In this document: positions 58,978 through 64,000 of the stretch, piece by piece
Numbering within the stretch: the first letter of the stretch is position 1
How the letters are laid out: each line of letters starts with the position of its first letter
Assembly: GCA_963845085.1 (NCBI GenBank)
Contig: CAWJQI010000004.1
Location: forward strand, 1 to 64,000
Source of the DNA: Candidatus Fermentibacterota bacterium
GTDB taxonomy: Bacteria; Fermentibacterota; Fermentibacteria; Fermentibacterales; JCC-6
Reading direction: 5' to 3'
DNA: 64,000 bases
Notes under the pieces: model-generated
Told to the model about the DNA's origin: nothing
What the model saw: only the letters and a program-made list of their open reading frames with translations
Database searches by the model: none
Made by a program: the position numbers and the translations under genes

Positions 58978-59183
58978 CAGGATCCGTACTGCTTCTCCAG
59001 TGCGGCGATCCGCTGGTCGAGTTCGATCTCGGCGACAAGCTTATGCCGTCTCTTTTCGAGAGATTCAGCCTTGTCCGGGGGTACCTTCTTTAACAGGCTG
59101 TCGATCATCCCGACCGCCCTTCTCCTGTCCCCAGCCTTGGCGGTCTCGTCGATTGTCTTCACAAGGTCACTGAGCTTCGCCAT
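58977..59183 (-). CDS. Small hypothetical helical protein
   Basis: 68 aa, AAGGGAG RBS, TGATG coupling to the next gene. Confidence 0.7.
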   Translation of the reverse strand: MAKLSDLVKTIDETAKAGDRRRAVGMIDSLLKKVPPDKAESLEKRRHKLVAEIELDQRIAALEKQYGS

Positions 59184-59198
59184 TTCGGAACACTCCCT

Positions 59199-60065
59199 TC
59201 ACCTGTTTGCACACGCTGCGAGAAAGACGGCAACCTGTTCGGAATCGACCTTGAAACCGCCCTTCGCAGACGGAAAGACATCCCTTTTGTCAACGCCGTG
59301 GAAATCGCTGCCACCTGTGACCATCAGTCCAAATTCATCTGCGGTGCGCAGCAGAAAGTTGGTCTTTGCAGCATCATGGCTCGGATAGTAGGCTTCGAGA
59401 CCCATGATGCCGGCATCGGCCAGCGACGCGACAAGTGCCCGCAACTCGGTCTCACCCCTCCCTTCGATCAGCCAGGGGTGGGCAAGAACCGGAATTCCGC
59501 CGTTCTCCCTGATAAGGTCAAGTGCCCTGTAGTCGCCAAGCCTCTCGCGGGCAACATAGGCGGGCGCACCGCTTCCGAGGTATTCGCGGAACGCCTGCTC
59601 CGTGCTGCCGACTACGCCCTTTCTCACCATTACGGTGGCAATGTGAAGCCTTCCCGTAACTCCCCCGCCGGACAGCTCCAGAACCTCGCCAATCGTGACA
59701 GGGACACCAAGGTCGTTTAGACGCCGGGTTATGCGCTCATTCCTCGAATCCCTCGAGAGGCGCACCGCTTCTAGAGCGGTTTCGACCGTTCCGCCATCCC
59801 AGGTTAGCGGGTCACGACCGGGAAAGTACCCGAGCATGTGGGCGGAACCGCCGCAGTGAAGGCCGACGCTGAGCTCGACAGCCGGAATGAGCATGAGCCC
59901 GGAACCGGCCGCCCTGCCGCCCGCCTCTGCCACACCGCCGAAAGTGTCGTGGTCGGCTATGGCGAGTGCCGAGAACCCGCTTTCGAGGGCTCTCTCCACC
60001 AGCCACGTCGGTGTCATCACCCCGTCGCTGCCGGTACTGTGGACATGAAGATCAACAGTGGCCAT
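59199..60065 (-). CDS. PHP domain phosphoesterase (TrpH/YciV-like)
   Basis: DLHVHSTGSDG, ADHD, LAHP, GGSDFHG. Confidence 0.92.
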   Translation of the reverse strand: MATVDLHVHSTGSDGVMTPTWLVERALESGFSALAIADHDTFGGVAEAGGRAAGSGLMLIPAVELSVGLHCGGSAHMLGYFPGRDPLTWDGGTVETALEAVRLSRDSRNERITRRLNDLGVPVTIGEVLELSGGGVTGRLHIATVMVRKGVVGSTEQAFREYLGSGAPAYVARERLGDYRALDLIRENGGIPVLAHPWLIEGRGETELRALVASLADAGIMGLEAYYPSHDAAKTNFLLRTADEFGLMVTGGSDFHGVDKRDVFPSAKGGFKVDSEQVAVFLAACANR

Positions 60066-60223
60066 TTCGCCTTTCCGCAAGAATCGGAATATGCTCTGAG
60101 CCCGTTGATCGGGCAATGGAGAGCCCTCTGGTCACCTGGCTCAACAAGGGCTCGCCTTCGATGTATACTCTGCGTATCGTCGTGGATAAAGGGATCATCA
60201 CGTGTGGGCCGGGAGGAGCGGAA

Positions 60224-61573
60224 ATGCGCAAGGTCATGTACGTGCGGGATCCGGTGCACGGATCGGTGAAACTATCGCCGCTGCAGGAAGAACTGCTGAA
60301 GACCGTCGAGGTCCAGAGGCTAAGTTTCATCCACCAGCTCGGAACCACTTTTCAGTGCTATCCCGGAGCACATGGCATGAGGCTGGCCCACGCAGTGGGG
60401 GTTTCCCATCTGGCAGGTGTTATCGCAGCCCACCTGGCGAGCCGGAACCTTCCCTGCATCGACCCGCCCGGTGACGCATTCATGAACCTTCTTCAGGCAG
60501 CCGGAATGCTTCACGACATCGGTCACACACCCTGGTCGCACACTCTTGAGCCCCTGTATTCCGAAATCCACGGAACCGACCACATGGGACTGGTCGCCGA
60601 ACTCGTCACCGGTGCTTCCGTAATGGGCATCCCAGGGGCCGGACGAATCCCCGGCATCCTTCGCGAGTATGGCGTGGACCCCGAGAAGGTGGCCGACCTT
60701 GTGTGCAACCGCTACAAAGGCCCGGCTTTCGTCCAGCAGATCATCTTCGGTGAGGTCGACGCCGACATGCTCGACTACCTCCAGCGAGACTTTCACTTCA
60801 CCGGCGTTGCATACGGCCACATCGAGGCGGACCGGATAATCAGCACGATGACGGTGCACGACGGAATGCTGGTTTTCCAGCTGAAGGGGCTGGATGCCGT
60901 GCGAGATTTCCTTCTCGCTCGGTTTCACATGTACTCAAGCGTCTATCTTCACAGGAAGACCAGAATTGTCGATCAGATGCTGCTTGCCGCCGCCCGGAGA
61001 AGCATTCTTGAACTTGGGGAGCTTCCGGAATTCCACATCATGACGGACGACCAGCTTCTAAGCTACCTTGCGGATCAATCCAGTGATCCCTGGGTGAGGG
61101 AGATGGCATGGCGGGTAAAGTTCAGGCAGGGATTGTTCAGCCAGGTGTTCAGCATCGGCGCTCTGGCACGCTCGGCGAGGCATGCAGGCTTTCTGGCGGA
61201 GATATTCTCACACGGCCGCAATCCCGCCGAGACCACAATGATCATGGCCCGAAGGATCTCCGATGAATCGGGGGTCGACGCACGCTACATCATTGTCGAT
61301 CTGCCGGTTGAGGCTGTGAAAACGAGTGAGGAACGCTTCCAGAGGCTGGACATCAGGTTCATCGGTCAGGATGGAAGCCTTCGAACCATGGAGAACGTTG
61401 ATCCGGCCTTCTCACGCTACCTTGGGGAAATGAAGCCAAATAGAAGCCTCATCACGGTATGCTGTGCGCCCGAGTTCAAGGCAAAGGTGGCCGCCGCCTG
61501 CGAAAAACTCTTCATGGATTCAGTGATGCCGCTGTTCACGGCAGAAAGTCAGGAAAGCTCTCCGTCGAGGTAG
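60224..61573 (+). CDS. HD-domain dNTP triphosphohydrolase-like (SAMHD1-like) protein
   Basis: DPVHG, QRL..IHQLG, H...LHDIGHTPWSH, DAD.LDYLQRD, MYSSVYLH. Confidence 0.9.
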   Translation: MRKVMYVRDPVHGSVKLSPLQEELLKTVEVQRLSFIHQLGTTFQCYPGAHGMRLAHAVGVSHLAGVIAAHLASRNLPCIDPPGDAFMNLLQAAGMLHDIGHTPWSHTLEPLYSEIHGTDHMGLVAELVTGASVMGIPGAGRIPGILREYGVDPEKVADLVCNRYKGPAFVQQIIFGEVDADMLDYLQRDFHFTGVAYGHIEADRIISTMTVHDGMLVFQLKGLDAVRDFLLARFHMYSSVYLHRKTRIVDQMLLAAARRSILELGELPEFHIMTDDQLLSYLADQSSDPWVREMAWRVKFRQGLFSQVFSIGALARSARHAGFLAEIFSHGRNPAETTMIMARRISDESGVDARYIIVDLPVEAVKTSEERFQRLDIRFIGQDGSLRTMENVDPAFSRYLGEMKPNRSLITVCCAPEFKAKVAAACEKLFMDSVMPLFTAESQESSPSR

Positions 61574-62361
61574 GTCGGAGCCGAGACAGCTCCGCATTTG
61601 CCGCAGGTGAACCGCAGGTGCTCCCACATTCCGATCGAGTTGAACCAGTTCACCCGGGATGCGTCCGGCCTCTGAATGACAGTGCCGCAGGACGGGCACT
61701 TCCACTCCTCCCCCCTGGCGCGTCGAATGCTTCTCAGGGCTTCCTCGAGAAGGGGAATGTACTGATGGTTGCCGTTCTTTTCTGCGATGCGGATGGGCGT
61801 GAGCCCCTTCCCGTTCCTGTGATATGCCTTGGCCCCGTGCTTGAGCAGGGTTCTTATGATGGTTTTTCTGTTCTTGCCAGCAACGGCGATGTGAAGGGGG
61901 GCGTCTCCGTCAGAGTTCTCGGCACCTGCATCGGCGCCGGCTGCGAGCAGCATGCGGCAGATCTCCTCCCTGCCTTCGTGAACGGATACATGAAGGGCCG
62001 ATTCGCCGGAAATTGAGGTGGCTGCAGGCGATGCGCCGGCTTCAAGAAATATTCTGACCACGTCCATGTTGCCGGCCCTGACAGCGAGGTGTATCGGTGA
62101 TTCCCCGCCTTCGCCCATCGGTTTGTTGATGTCGCCGCCCCTGGACACCAGGTTTCGCAGGATCGAGAGAAGCAGGCTGGGATCGATGCTTTCACTGCAG
62201 GCTCTTTCAACGACCGCCTGGACAAGGCTTTTACCTTCACGGGAGGCCTTGCCGGACATTTCGTATCGGCCGGCGGAAAGACTTGCGATCTTTTCCCAGT
62301 CGGGAGGCTGCTTGGCAACCTCACCGAGCATCTTGCGCAGATTACTGGTAAAAAGAGCCAA
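61549..62361 (-). CDS. Ankyrin repeat protein with C-terminal Zn ribbon
   Basis: GESPIHLA, GESALHVS, GDAPLHIA, GLTP; CPSC...CGKC. Confidence 0.9.
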   Translation of the reverse strand: MALFTSNLRKMLGEVAKQPPDWEKIASLSAGRYEMSGKASREGKSLVQAVVERACSESIDPSLLLSILRNLVSRGGDINKPMGEGGESPIHLAVRAGNMDVVRIFLEAGASPAATSISGESALHVSVHEGREEICRMLLAAGADAGAENSDGDAPLHIAVAGKNRKTIIRTLLKHGAKAYHRNGKGLTPIRIAEKNGNHQYIPLLEEALRSIRRARGEEWKCPSCGTVIQRPDASRVNWFNSIGMWEHLRFTCGKCGAVSAPTYLDGELS

Positions 62362-62419
62362 CTACCCCTCCAGTTGATGGCCCGCTTCTGACGGGGGACA
62401 CGCCGGGATTATGCGAAAT

Positions 62420-64000
62420 TTACTCCGGGGAGTCATCCCTGCCCCGCCTTACCTTTGCCGAGAGGGTGTTGACCAGTCTGACCAGTTCACCCGGAGGGCT
62501 CGGTTTCGGAAGGAATGCCACCCTGTCGTGCGAGAGCAATGCCTGTATTCCCTCGGGCTTCTCGTACCCGCTGGACAGAATTACCGCCATGCTGCCAAAG
62601 GCCTGAAGGCAGTGGGTTGCCACGCTGATCGAGGGAGTGCCGGGCATGTTCAGGTCGAGCACGATCACATCGAAACCCTCCCTCGACAACTCCTCCATTG
62701 CCTCGTCACCGTTGGCCACAGTGACAACCTGGAAATCCTGGGATCTGAGAAACTCTCCCAGCGTTTCCCTGACCAGATCGACGTCATCCGCAAGCAGAAC
62801 CCTCAGGGTTGTGTCGCCCGCAGCTGACTCAGCCTCATGCACCTCTGTTCCGCCGTGCGAGACGATCCCCTTGAGGACAAGGCAGAGTATGGTTTCCCCC
62901 ATACCCCTCTCAAAGCTTATCCAGCCTCCGAACTCAAGTGCTGCACGGTAGGCGGTGCCGTAGGCTGTGCCGAACTGCCTGTCAACATCAGCGGGTTCGT
63001 ACTCGCGGCCGGAGAAAACATCCCTGAGCTCGGGAGGCATGATCAACCCGTCCGAGTACCTGACGCAGATCCTGTTCCCCCTCTCCACATCGGGTGAAAG
63101 TATCTGCCTTGGAAGCCGGTCCGAAAGGTTCAGCCTTATCCTTCCTGTCCCGCCCTTCATCTGGTCGCTCGATGCAAGGGCAAGGCTGAAGAAGAACTGC
63201 CTGAGCAACCCCCTGTCGACCATTATCTTGTACCGTGAAACGCCCCCCGCCTCAACAGCGATGTTGAAAGGCATGACGCTTCGAAGAACCTGTGATATCC
63301 TGGCCATCTCATGGCTCGGGTCGCATATCCCCGATTCGCTGCCGGCATTGAGAAGGAGCAGCTGCAGTTCGCTGCAGACATCCGAAAGTTTGCCCGCTTC
63401 GCGCAGAATGTCCCGGAACCTGCCTGCGAGTTCCCAGTCAACCGTTGCCTCACGAATTCCAAGCGACGCCGCCCCGACAATTCCCGCCACCCTGTTGTTC
63501 AAATCATGGGCAAGACCTCTTACCATGCCCGAAAGCATCTCCTGTTCCTGGCGTCCTTCGGATTCGACCCCGACCCTGCCGGCGGGCTTCACTCCCCGGC
63601 CTTCCGGGAAAATGAACAGCACACCACCGATAAAAACATCACCCGCCTGTACAGGCTGGTACAGTATCTCGACCCTCTGCACGGCACCGGACGCCTTTAC
63701 AAGATCAACAGGTTCGCGAAAAGTGCTCCCGGCAGTGAGACACCGTTTCCTGAAGGCATCAGGAAGCGACACGAGGGAGGAAAGGTCCTTCGGTACGCTC
63801 TGCTGGTCGGGCTCCAGCATGGCCGCCGCACTGGTGCTTATTGCCACCACCATTCCCCGGCTGTCAACCAGCACCGCCGGAATACCCGAGTCACCTGTCA
63901 CTGTCTTCATGGCGGCCTCGTAAAGCTCCCTCTCGGGCGATATGCCGCCTGAGTCATGAAAACGCTGAATCTCAAGCCGTCGCCTCAACATGGACAGGAG
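62420..64000 (-). CDS. Hybrid PAS-HisKA-(degenerate HATPase)-receiver protein, probably 5' partial
   Basis: LAHDLNN H-box; receiver ADD/DLNMPG/KP; frame is open to the window edge. Confidence 0.85.
   Translation of the reverse strand, partial: LLSMLRRRLEIQRFHDSGGISPERELYEAAMKTVTGDSGIPAVLVDSRGMVVAISTSAAAMLEPDQQSVPKDLSSLVSLPDAFRKRCLTAGSTFREPVDLVKASGAVQRVEILYQPVQAGDVFIGGVLFIFPEGRGVKPAGRVGVESEGRQEQEMLSGMVRGLAHDLNNRVAGIVGAASLGIREATVDWELAGRFRDILREAGKLSDVCSELQLLLLNAGSESGICDPSHEMARISQVLRSVMPFNIAVEAGGVSRYKIMVDRGLLRQFFFSLALASSDQMKGGTGRIRLNLSDRLPRQILSPDVERGNRICVRYSDGLIMPPELRDVFSGREYEPADVDRQFGTAYGTAYRAALEFGGWISFERGMGETILCLVLKGIVSHGGTEVHEAESAAGDTTLRVLLADDVDLVRETLGEFLRSQDFQVVTVANGDEAMEELSREGFDVIVLDLNMPGTPSISVATHCLQAFGSMAVILSSGYEKPEGIQALLSHDRVAFLPKPSPPGELVRLVNTLSAKVRRGRDDSPE

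Overview
GC-rich bacterial chromosomal window of about 60 genes. I found no rRNA, intact tRNA, CRISPR array or transposase. Proteins with T9SS/FlgD-type C-terminal domains, a gingipain and many lipoproteins suggest an anaerobic FCB-group organism, possibly Fermentibacterota (inference). 1-26 kb is an accessory patchwork of lipoproteins, GNATs, hydrolases, CorA and an M3 peptidase, with a degraded ORF6N gene between two orphan gene-tail repeats. 26.5-38.3 kb is a co-oriented serpin, sigZ, arsM, CDF, HTH-EIIA run followed by an Ehr (hydrogenase-related, Ni-ligand-less) membrane complex; a C25 gingipain is divergent from the serpin. 40.5-51.5 kb is an lgt-comF-dnaE operon, and 52.9-58.1 kb is mreBCD-mrdA-rodA. 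Top finding: a gene the ORF track misses (51751-52752) encodes a secreted Omp28-like thioredoxin-fold protein with an in-frame UGA in a UxxC motif, followed by an fdhF-like SECIS hairpin, so it is probably an exported selenoprotein. Second: a Cys-tailed SigZ with an ECF-like promoter in front of arsM. Six single-base frameshifts in short base runs look like long-read assembly errors.
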